Below are positions 1 to 9,997 of a stretch of 64,000 nt of DNA, piece after piece; the stretch's first letter is position 1; each line of letters begins with the position of its first letter. The notes below the pieces were generated by a model that had not been told where the DNA came from, ran no database searches, and worked only from the letters and a program-made list of their open reading frames with translations. This stretch comes from Dudresnaya verticillata. Lineage: Eukaryota. A program made the position numbers and the translations under genes. The stretch spans positions 62,001 through 126,000 of the forward strand of contig OZ374565.1 of the NCBI GenBank assembly GCA_977862235.1, given 5' to 3'.

Positions 1-630
1 TCCGAACGGCATGCGGAACAGCGGATCTCCTCGGTCGTGGCGCCACGACTCTCAGGTTCGTCTGCTGGCTTCGGATCTGAAACGTGCGACACGCACCCCG
101 ATTGTGGAGCCCCGCCCTGTGGGGGCTCACTTGGATCGGCCGGACATCAAGGCGCTTGGAACAGAAGGAGGAACGGACTACCTGGACGTCACAATCAGTC
201 ATCCACTGTCGTCAGAACAACGCATTCTCAGCTGCATAACAAACCCGCAAGGGACGCTGAAGAACGCCCACGCTGACAAGGTGCGGACTTACCGTGGCTT
301 CATCCAGGCTGCCGGACCGGGGGCAAGGCTTGTGCCGGTGCCGATGACCACACTAGGTGGCTGGCACCCGGAGGCGCACAAGTATATGCAAGAGTTGGCG
401 GATACCGTGGCTTCTCGGGCCATGGTAACTCGCGGTGTTTCGCGAGCGGCTCTGTTCCACAGGCACGCGGCGCGACTGGTGCAGAACAACGTCAAGTGCC
501 TGATGGAAGGGATCCAACAGGAGGTGTAGATGTGCAGGTTGTTTTGAGTTGGGGTTTAACTTTGTTGTGATACTACAGTAGATTGTACGTCGACAAATAT
601 TAGAATATGGTCACCTGTTATAAAGTTGAA
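1..630 (+). mobile_element. CRE-like non-LTR retrotransposon copy 1, 3' end (endonuclease C-terminus and 3' UTR)
   Basis: Same sequence as the 3' end of copy 2 (offset 4647 excluding the N gap); ORF ends at 529 with RHD, RPDI...LDVT and TTLGGW motifs; followed by the 5S-derived CTCACCTCAGTACT (631-644). Confidence 0.9.
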
Positions 631-1687
631 CTCACCTCAGTACTGCCGAATTTTTTGTTTCGGAGATTTCTCAGCAAGTTCTGCACCGATCTTTTCGGCG
701 GCGGTGCCGCCTGTTCGAGCGCGCGACGGCGCGTCGGTGCGGGGTTTTTCAGCCCTTCACCTTCGCGGGCGGGCGAGCGCGGTCTACTTTTGTCTCTTTC
801 CGCGCCGCCGATCTGCGCCGCGACGCCGTCGTCGTCGCCGCCGTCGCCGCCGCCGTCGTCGCCGACGGTCACGCGTTTCCTATTTTGCGCTTACTTTTAA
901 GGTGATCCCTCACCTTGAAATTTGCCCGGGCCCCACTGACTTATCTTTCTTTCCCTGGCCCTGTACGCGTTTTGCTTGTACCCGGCACAGCCTAGACTCT
1001 GTCTAGGCTGCCGTGGACTGTCGACAGAGGGGTTTCACACCCTTCAACTGACAGATTGGTAAAGGCCAGGCTTGTCCTGTAAAATCTTCCTTCGGGAAGT
1101 GCCGAGAGACCTACAAGTGTGGGAATCGCCAAAGACCCTCGACCTTGAGTGGTAGGCGGCTCGTGACCCACAAGCTCATCGCAGAAACGTGCCAAGCAAC
1201 GTCGAAGTTGGGGTAACGTGGCTTAAGCCTGGTGGATCCTGTTTTGAAACCACCCCTTCTAAGATCGAGCGAACGTCCTGCCAGCGAACCTTCGGGGGAG
1301 GCCAAAAATCCTGTGGGCACTCACAGGTAAACGGTGGTTCTGCGACCCCATTGAGAGCTTGTGCAAACGAGAAGTACCGCGCGTTACAGGACCGCAGTGA
1401 AGAGAGTCTTCTCAGCTGCGGCAGGGAAGGGAACGTCCGATACCTCTGCGCGCACGAACGCTAACACGCGCGCCCTTTTGCGCGAGCTCGTGCGCAAAGT
1501 GCGCGATCTCGCGCCCTACGCTGCGAAGAGGCCCTCATCTCGCAGCAAGGCCACCTGTAGCACCCTCTGGAGGTGTCCCGAACAGACTGACGACGGACGA
1601 CAGGCTTGCGTCCCGGTTAGGAGGCCTGTGCCCCGTGGGAACCTACTGTAGAGGACCTTTACAGGTACCTTACCCAGCGCTGTAACC

Positions 1688-4600
1688 ATGATTGGTCAGC
1701 AGCACCCCGACATGCCGAAGGTATGGCTCTCTCCATGCTTTATGCCTTCGGCAAAACACCGCCCGACAAACAGTACCAGCTGTCCTCTGGGCTGCCAGTC
1801 GTCCTCACTGCCTACTGTAGAAGCGCTACTCATGCACCTGCGGAAGATGCATGTTCCTGGCAGGCGAGGACCACCGACGAGGACCGACATCGAGCCTCTC
1901 AAGCAGCAGCTCCTGGACTATGGAGTATGGTACTGTGTGACTCACAACAAGTACATGCCCACCCACTGTAGCTCCCGCATGAACAGTGAAGGCATGTACA
2001 GTATGCGGTACAAGAATTGCAGCGCATGTCCCGCTACTCGCACTCCGGCGTTCTCCCACGTCCCGTCCAACCAATTGACGACACCGAGCCGTGAAGAAAC
2101 TGTAGCCGCGCCATCACAGTCTCCTGCTCTGGACGCGGTCACGGAGACGCAACCCGAGGACGGCGAGCCAGCGGACGATATCCTGCCAGCCCCGCGACGA
2201 ATCCCGGACAGCCAGGAGCCGCCTCCTGCACCGGTACCTGCTACTCGAGAGGTACCAACTGCGCAAACCCCACCCGTTGCGCGGGGTCCAGGAGGGCAGC
2301 TTCTGCCGGCGGTCGAAGACATCTGTCGCTCGCATATCCCTATGGTCACACATATACCGTCTCGCGTCCGCGCCGAGGTGCGCGACGCACTGTCCAAGAC
2401 GGTATGGGCTTTTACGAACGCAACCAACTCTCAGGAAGCCACCAAAGAGCTCACTGCATTCCTGCTTTTTCCAGCAGCCGTCTTGTCCAATCCTCCCGCG
2501 GCGAGTGCAAGGGCCAGCGCGTCAACCTCTGCGTCCTCGATCGGCACCTTCCGCGATCGAATCCGACGCTGGGGACTCAAGGATTACGACGCCCTATGGC
2601 AGGAGGCCTTGAAGGGCTCGACATTCCGTGAGCAGACTGCGCCTTCCGCAGAAGAGCAACGCCGTATCAATGCCTCACGAGCCCTTCGCCTTGCAAAGGA
2701 GGGCGCCTACAGTAAGGCAGCAGCAGCTCTAGACTCTGATGGAATCGCCCCAGCCACAGACTCTGTGATACAGTCCATGAAGGACAAGCACCCGCAGTCC
2801 GTACCGCAAACCGACGCGGACCACGAGCTTGACCAGTCCGAACCGCTGCCGACCATGCCTGACTTCGTGCCTTTCACAGCCGACGAAGTACGAAAAGCAG
2901 TGGCCAAGTTCCCCCGGGCTTCGGCCTCGGGGGGAACAGGACTATCACCGACCCATCTGCAGGAACTGCTCTCAGTCCCGACCACTCACGAGCACACGGG
3001 CCTGCTTGGCGGGCTCACCAAAATGGTCAACGTGCTGGCCAGCGGCGCAGGACCTGCGGAGCTGTCGCCTTGGATTGCCAGCGCTCCTCTCACGGCTCTG
3101 AAGAAGCGCACCGGCGGTGTCCGCCCCATTGCTGTAGGAGAGACAATCCGACGACTCGTGAGCTCTATGCTCATGACCAGAGTCGCTCCCAAGGCCAAGG
3201 CATACCTCGAACCGCTTCAGCTCGGGGGCGCAACCTCGGGCGGCACAGAAGCCATTGTACACGCGGTCCGGAAGCTGCAGAAGTCTCACGGCCATGACAA
3301 GTCCTACGGGTTGCTACAAGTGGACTTGAAGAATGCCTTCAACCTTGTCAGCCGCAAAGCATTCATGAAGGAGGTCCGCCGACATATGCCTGAACTACTA
3401 CCGTGGGTCAGATACTGTTATGACTCTGAGGGCCCGCACCTGTGGATGGGTGACACTCTACTGCGGAGTGTCACTGGTGTACAGCAAGGTGACCCGCTCG
3501 GGCCGTTACTGTTTGCTTTGGTGCTGCAGGCACTGATCAAACAGTTGAAGGAACTCACCGCCGACCTGCGGCGCTCGGGCCGCAATCAGCAAGCGGAGGG
3601 GGCGAACAACTTGCTGCTGTCACTGTTCTACCTGGACGACGGCGTCATCGTGGCGAAACACGCCGTACTCAGGAAGGTTCTGTCCTTCTTTGACTCCGAG
3701 GAAGCTAAGGGCTATGGCTTCCACCTGCGCATGGACAAGTGTACTGTTTGGTGGCCTACTGCACCCGACCCAGAAGACTGCGCTGCCTACCCGTCGGATC
3801 TTGGGCAGAGCTACGGAGAAGGCACTACAGTACTTCAGGCTCCGATTGGAACGCAGAACTACATGGAGGAGAGCGTGAATGGCCATGTCGAGTCCATCCA
3901 GCCCCTGCTGGACGCAATTTCGGGACTAGAAGACCTACACGTGGCCATCACTCTACTCCGCAACTGTGCCGGAGTCTGCCGGCTGAACTACCTGCTGCGA
4001 GTAGTTCCATCATCCGCCACGGCAAAGGGCGCCGAGCTCTTCGACCAGAAGATTGAGGCTTGCATGCGCAAGCTCGTGGGAGGAGTCCTACCGAGGGACA
4101 CCTTCCGCGAACTTCAGCTTCCCCTGCGCACGAAAGAGCCCAGCTTCGGAATCGGTATTTCGGGAGCTGGCGACATGAACTCGAGCGCGTTTTTGGCGTC
4201 CCTTTCACTGACCCGCAACTTACTGCGTTCTATCTTACCCGCTTCTGTGAACACTGCTCTTTCTGACGATCCTTTTGCAGTAGAAGCGCACGAAGACTGG
4301 AGCGCCAAGTGCCATAGTGAGGATGCCCTGGACCTGGAGAAGATCGACAGCGACGAGTGCCCGCGCCAGCGGGACTTGACGCGGTTGGTTCTGAAGAAAG
4401 TGCAAGCCGAGCTGCCGCTCGGGGACAGGCGGACGCAAGCTTTCCGAGCTTCCCTTGGCGTGCCGGGCGCCAAGGACTGGCTCAAGTGCCAGCCGGCACC
4501 AGGCATGAAGACGTACATTGCGGATCGGGACTACCGCGTATGGCTTCGATTCTACTGTCGGATTCCACTGCTGGAACCCGACACGGAGTGTCCTCGGGCC

Positions 4601-5376
4601 GGGTGCAAGAAGATGATGGATGTTCACGGCGACCATCTGCTGATTTGTCCGAACGGCATGCGGAACAGCGGATCTCCTCGGTCGTGGCGCCACGACTCTC
4701 AGGTTCGTCTGCTGGCTTCGGATCTGAAACGTGCGACACGCACCCCGATTGTGGAGCCCCGCCCTGTGGGGGCTCACTTGGATCGGCCGGACATCAAGGC
4801 GCTTGGAACAGAAGGAGGAACGGACTACCTGGACGTCACAATCAGTCATCCACTGTCGTCAGAACAACGCATTCTCAGCTGCATAACAAACCCGCAAGGG
4901 ACGCTGAAGAACGCCCACGCTGACAAGGTGCGGACTTACCGTGGCTTCATCCAGGCTGCCGGACCGGGGGCAAGGCTTGTGCCGGTGCCGATGACCACAC
5001 NNNNNNNNNNNNNNNNNNNNNNNNNNNNNNNNNNNNNNNNNNNNNNNNNNNNNNNNNNNNNNNNNNNNNNNNNNNNNNNNNNNNNNNNNNNNNNNNNNNN
5101 NNNNNNNNNNNNNNNNNNNNNNNNNNNNNNNNNNNNNNNNNNNNNNNNNNNNNNNNNNNNNNNNNNNNNNNNNNNNNNNNNNNNNNNNNNNNNNNNNNNN
5201 TAGGTGGCTGGCACCCGGAGGCGCACAAGTATATGCAAGAGTTGGCGGATACCGTGGCTTCTCGGGCCATGGTAACTCGCGGTGTTTCGCGAGCGGCTCT
5301 GTTCCACAGGCACGCGGCGCGACTGGTGCAGAACAACGTCAAGTGCCTGATGGAAGGGATCCAACAGGAGGTGTAG
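1688..5376 (+). CDS. Non-LTR retrotransposon protein: N-terminal C2H2 zinc finger, reverse transcriptase, CCHC knuckle, restriction-like endonuclease (CRE clade); 1162 aa once the 200 N are removed
   Basis: CPLGC...HLRKMH; GGVRPIAVGETIRRL, VDLKNAFN, GVQQGDPLGP, YLDD; CPRAGC...HGDHLLIC, RHD, RPDI, LDVTISHP. The sequence on either side of the gap joins exactly as in copy 1; stop TAG at 5374-5376. Confidence 0.9.
5001..5200. other. Assembly gap (200 N)
   Basis: Run of N; flanks ...GACCACAC|TAGGTGGC... are contiguous in copy 1. Confidence 0.99.
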
Positions 5377-5477
5377 ATGTGCAGGTTGTTTTGAGTTGGG
5401 GTTTAACTTTGTTGTGATACTACAGTAGATTGTACGTCGACAAATATTAGAATATGGTCACCTGTTATAAAGTTGAA

Positions 5478-5566
5478 CTCACCTCAGTACTAAACCAGCC
5501 TGACGAGACTTATCTTCGCAGTTCGGGATGGGATACGGAGCATGTCTGCGTAGTATGGCCGAATGT
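5478..5566 (-). rRNA. 5S rRNA: 5S rRNA gene, 5' ~89 nt, interrupted by the CRE-like retrotransposon
   Basis: Minus strand reads ACATTCGGCCATACTACGCAGACATGCTCCGTATCCCATCCCGAACTGCGAAGATAAGTCTCGTCAGGCTGGTTTAGTACTGAGGTGAG, with eukaryotic 5S hallmarks (GGCCATAC, ATCCCATC.CGAAC, G.TAAG, TTAGTACT) at the expected spacing. The 3' ~30 nt are missing. Confidence 0.88.
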
Positions 5567-6545
5567 GCTTGCTGTTCCCGCCGTACCCCTATTTAAATGC
5601 GCCATCAACTGCACTCCCCGTCATCGACTAAAGACTCCTGCGTCCAATGTCCATCCCACTGTAGTGTACACGTGGAGCATTATAGTAGTGACTCATAACC
5701 GTATACCATTTACTCTAAACGCAGGATCCAATATAAATACGGTGAACCAGCTCATGGACGTTCTGACCCCTTGGTTCAATGAAACCAGCACCCAATCTAA
5801 TTTACAGAGCCCCTAGATCCAATCCTATAACGCTTTGACTTCTGTTGATCCAATCCATCCACCCTTATTGGATCCGAACCTGATGCATTCCGTGATTTAT
5901 ATTACTGCATTGTACTATACTTTCTCATCCTTCCCTTTCCATTTCCTCATCCTTACTCCTTTCCTTCCCACTCTCTGCACCCCTAAACGCGTTAAAATGA
6001 CACATCCCTAACACCCCTAAACCCACCCATAACCATACGTGCCCCAAACCCCGATTTAACCCGCTCAAAAGCTGCCGACGGCCCGTGGGGACGTTTTGCA
6101 CCATAGAAACGCGCTAAAAAGTCGATTTAGGAGGGTAAGAGCGCTACGCAATGCGCAGCAACGAGACGCTTCGATTGAGCTACTGAACAGCGCCCGAGCC
6201 CCAGCCGTTCCAAAGTTATGAGCACAAACGTCCAAGCCACCCTCACCCCAGCCACCAGACTTGATCCGATTGTGGTGATCCTTGATCCAATCTTCTGGGT
6301 ACTAAATCTAATCCAATTCTATGTCCCTAAATCCAATTCATCCACCACACTGATCCATTCCATCCACCACCATGATTCACTCCATGCACCAACACTAGAC
6401 CCTTTACCCTCCCAATATCATGCCCCTCGCGTACCAGAGTAACCAAACTAACCGTAGACCTAACCCTAAACAACCCCTAGACACCTGCAAACACTCTCAG
6501 ACTCCCTCCCACTTACAAGAAAAGGGGAAAAGTGCGAGTGAAAAG
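5567..6545. other. Probable 5S rDNA intergenic spacer
   Basis: Non-coding, C/A-skewed, with recurrent GATCC(AAT) and CCCTAA-like words; lies between the 5S start and minus-strand T-runs (6518-6545) resembling a Pol III terminator. Confidence 0.5.
5589..5600 (-). promoter_or_regulatory. TATA-like element upstream of the 5S gene (about -24 to -33)
   Basis: Minus strand CATTTAAATAG at the position typical of upstream elements of Pol III 5S genes. Confidence 0.45.
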
Positions 6546-6654
6546 AATACGCTGTACAGAGGCAGTGGGTCGGGGATTCTGCGGGAGAGGTATGCAAGGC
6601 AGCAATGTACGCAGAGGGCGGCTTCACCGAAGACCTCAGTACTCCCTCAGCGAT

Positions 6655-9108
6655 CTGCCGAAATTTTTGTTTCGCGGATATCTCAACAAGTTCTGCACCG
6701 ATCTTTTCGGCGGCGGTGCCGCCTGTTCGAGCGCGCGACGGCGCGTCGGTGCGGGGTTTTTCAGCCCTTCACCTTCGCGGGCGGGCGAGCGCGGTCTACT
6801 TTTGTCTCTTTCCGCGCCGCCGATCTGCGCCGCGACGCCGTCGTCGTCGCCGCCGTCGCCGCCGCCGTCGTCGCCGACGGTCACGCGTTTCCTATTTTGC
6901 GCTTACTTTTAAGGTGATCCCTCACCTTGAAATTTGCCCGGGCCCCACTGACTTATCTTTCTTTCCCTGGCCCTGTACGCGTTTTGCTTGTACCCGGCAC
7001 AGCCTAGACTCTGTCTAGGCTGCCGTGGACTGTCGACAGAGGGGTTTCACACCTTTCAACTGACAGATTGGTAAAGGCCAGGCTTGTCTTGTAAAAGCTT
7101 CCTTCGGGAAGTGCCGAGAGACCTACAAGTGTGGGAATCGCCAAAGACCCTCGACCTTGAGTGGTAGGCGGCTCGTGACCCACAAGCTCATCGCAGAAAC
7201 GTGCCAAGCAACGTCGAAGTTGGGGTAACGTGGCTTAAGCCTGGTGGATCCTGTTTTGAAACCATCCCTTCTAAGATCGAGCGAACGTCCTGCCAGCGAA
7301 CCTTCGGGGGAGGCCAAAAATCCTGTGGGCACTCACAGGTAAACGGTGGTTCTGCGACCCCATTGAGAGCTTGTGCAAACGAGAAGTACCGCGCGTTACA
7401 GGACCGCAGTGAAGAGACTCTTCTTAGCTGCGGCAGGGAAGGGAACGTCCGATAACTCTGCGCGCGAACGCTAACACGCGCGCCCTTTTGCGCGAGCTCG
7501 TGCGCAAATTGCGCGATCTCGCGCCCTACGCTGCGAAGAGGCCTTCATCTCGCAGCAAGGCCACCTGTAGCACCCTCTGGAGGTGTCCCGAACAGACTGA
7601 AGACGGACGACAGGCTTGCGTCCCGGTTAGGAGGTCTGTGCCCCGTGGGAACCTACTGTAGAGGACCTTTACAGGTACCTTACCCAGCGCTGTAACCATG
7701 ATTGGTCAGCAGCACCCCGACATGCCGAAGGTATGGCTCTCTCCATGCTTTATGCCTTCGGCAAAACACCGCCCGACAAACAGTACCAGCTGTCCTCTGG
7801 GCTGCCAGTCGTCCTCACCGCCTACTGTAGAAGCGCTCCTCATGCACCTGCGGAAGATGCATGTTCCTGGCAGGCGAGGACCACCGACGAGGACCGACAT
7901 CGAGCCTCTCAAGCAGCAGCTCCTGGACTATGGAGTATGGTATTGTGTGACTCACAACAAGTACATGCCTACCCACTGTAGCTCCCGCATGAACAGTGAA
8001 GGCATGTACAGTATGCGGTACAAGAATTGCAGCGCATGTCCCGCCACTCGCACTCCGGCGTTCTCCCACGTCCCGTCCAACCAATTGACGACACCGAGCC
8101 GTGAAGAAACTGTAGCCACGCCATCACAGTCTCCTGCTCTGGATGTGGTCACGGAGACGCAACCCGAGGACGGCGAACCAGCGGACGATACCCTGCCAGC
8201 CCCGCGACGAATCCCGGACAGCCAGGAGCCGCCTCCTGCACCGGTACCTGCTACTCAAGAGGTACCAACTGCGCAAACCCGACACGCTGCGCGGGGTCCA
8301 GGAGGGCAGCTTCTGCCGCCGGCGGAAGATATCTGTCGCTCGCATATCCCTATGGTCACACATATACCGTCTCGCGTCCGCGCAGAGGTGCGCGACGCTC
8401 TGTCCAAGACGGTATGGGCTTTTACGAACGCAACCAACTCTCAGGAAGCCACCAAAGAGCTCACTGCATTCCTGCTTTTTCCAGCAGCCGTCTTGTACAA
8501 TCCTCCCGCGGCGAGTGCAAGGGCCGGCGCGTCAACCTCTGCGTCCTCGACCGGGACCTTCCGCGATCGAATCCGACGCTGGGGACTCAAGGATTACGAC
8601 GCCCTATGGCAGGAGACCTTGAAGGGCTCGACATTCCGTGAGCAGACTGCGCCTTCCGCAGAAGAGCAACGCCGTATCAACGCCTCACGAGCCCTTCGCC
8701 TCGCAAAGGAGGGCGCCTACAGTAAGGCAGCAGCAGCTCTAGACTCTGATGGAATCGCGCCAGCCACAGACTCTGTGATACAGTCCATGAAGGACAAGCA
8801 CCCGCAGTCCGTACCGCAAACCGACGCGGACCACGAGCTTGACCCGTCCGAACCGCTGCCGACCATGCCTGACTTCGTGCCTTTCACAGCCGACGAAGTA
8901 CGAAAAGCAGTGGCCAAGTTCCCCCGGGCTTCGGCCTCGGGGGGCACAGGACTATCACCGACCAATCTGCAGGAACTGCTCTCAGTCCCGACCACTCACG
9001 AGCACACGGGCCTGCTTGGCGGGCTCACCAAAATGGTCAACGTGCTGGCCAGCGGCGCAGGACCTGCGGAGCTGTCACCTTGGATTGCCAGTGCTCCTCT
9101 CACGGCTC
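6655..9108 (+). mobile_element. CRE-like non-LTR retrotransposon copy 3, 3'-truncated
   Basis: Near-identical to copy 2 from 645 to about 3100 with scattered substitutions; preceded by ACCTCAGTACT (6633-6643); ends at ...CACGGCTC where an LTR begins. Confidence 0.9.
7698..9108 (+). pseudogene. Truncated CRE ORF (zinc finger and start of RT only)
   Basis: Matches the copy 2 protein up to SAPLTAL, then reads into LTR sequence. Confidence 0.88.
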
Positions 9109-9427
9109 TGCATGGCGACGACGACGTGTCAGACGCTCGACGACGTGACACACGTCCTGAGTTCCCGCGCACCGCGCCCACCGCCGTCGCTCACGTATTA
9201 TATTAGGTAATCCGTCTGCGGCGCTGAGTAAGCCCCGGACAAGCCGGCCTTGGTCCAGACTTCCCCGTTCCGCTCGCGCGTATCCTACCGCTGCCTACGG
9301 CTAAGCGCCTACCTCCCGTGCTTCCACGTCTCTACCCGTCCTTGACGTGTTTTCCTTTTGTTCCTTTCTGTTTCCCTTTTCCCTTCCTTCACACCTTCCG
9401 CCTCGGGCGTCTACAGTCCACCCAAGG
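9109..9427 (+). repeat. Partial Gypsy LTR (first 319 bp), inverted relative to the LTR at 12676-13115
   Basis: Reverse complement of 12797-13115 with about 9 substitutions counted by eye; begins TGCATGG. Confidence 0.88.
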
Positions 9428-9827
9428 TTATAGGGACACGAGTCCCGTCATCCAATTCAACCTCGCGACTTCGCGGATATATTGCTTCCTCGAACCGGTC
9501 GCAAAAGTCGCAGCCGAGTATCACCGTCGCAGCGAGTCGTTCGCAAACGATCAGTTCCAACTTGACGACTCTCCGTCCTAGACGAACGATCAGGTCGATG
9601 GTGCCTCTTTTCTGGATCGCCTTATTGTTGGCGTCGGCTATGACGGGGAGGCTCTTTGTCACGACGCGCGATCGCGCTTCCAGCGGAATGTCGTCAATGC
9701 GAATGAAATTCGGACCAGCCCCCGTGTCGAGGACAGTGAGTTTACGTGCCAAGGTACTAACGGTTGCGCCCAAATCGGCGTACACCTTATATTTCCTCTT
9801 GGCCATTACGAACAACTGCCCTCGCAT
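9428..9827 (-). pseudogene. Retropepsin-like aspartic protease (pol fragment)
   Basis: VLDTGAGPNFI catalytic motif and VILGCDFC motif; truncated at the inverted LTR. Confidence 0.85.
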
Positions 9828-9997
9828 TTGGGGGGGCTGGTACCTTCACCATGGGCGTTTTAATGACGTCTGCGACGACTCTATCCGCCCGTTGGCGTCT
9901 TTGGTAACTAACTTCGGGCCCTCCTTCCGTGTCAGCACCCGAGGCCTAGGCCTCTCGTCGTGGTGCGACACCCCAGTGTCAGGAGTTGGTGCCCGAG

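Larger units (their letters stand above)
645..5477 (+). mobile_element. CRE-like non-LTR retrotransposon copy 2, apparently full length, inserted in 5S rDNA
   Basis: About 1 kb 5' UTR, single RT-RLE ORF, about 100 bp 3' UTR without poly(A); flanked by CTCACCTCAGTACT at 631-644 and 5478-5491. Confidence 0.9.

Noticed and set aside
607..1006. Short ORFs with poly-Arg, Pro-Ser or Gly-Asp runs (also 6532-7018)
   Set aside because: Translations of a GCC/GTC triplet tract in the 5' UTR; no recognisable domain.
5500..5510. CTGACGAG resembling a hammerhead ribozyme core
   Set aside because: No suitably placed GAAA or stems; it is the antisense of the 5S gene.
5980..6480. CCCTAA/CCCTAAA-like words suggesting telomeric repeats as the CRE target
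   Set aside because: Scattered and degenerate, not tandem; the element junctions are at the 5S motif, not at these words.
6661..6670. AATTTTTG Sm-site-like motif suggesting an snRNA or spliced-leader gene
   Set aside because: No recognisable snRNA body; it lies in the element 5' end and differs between copies.
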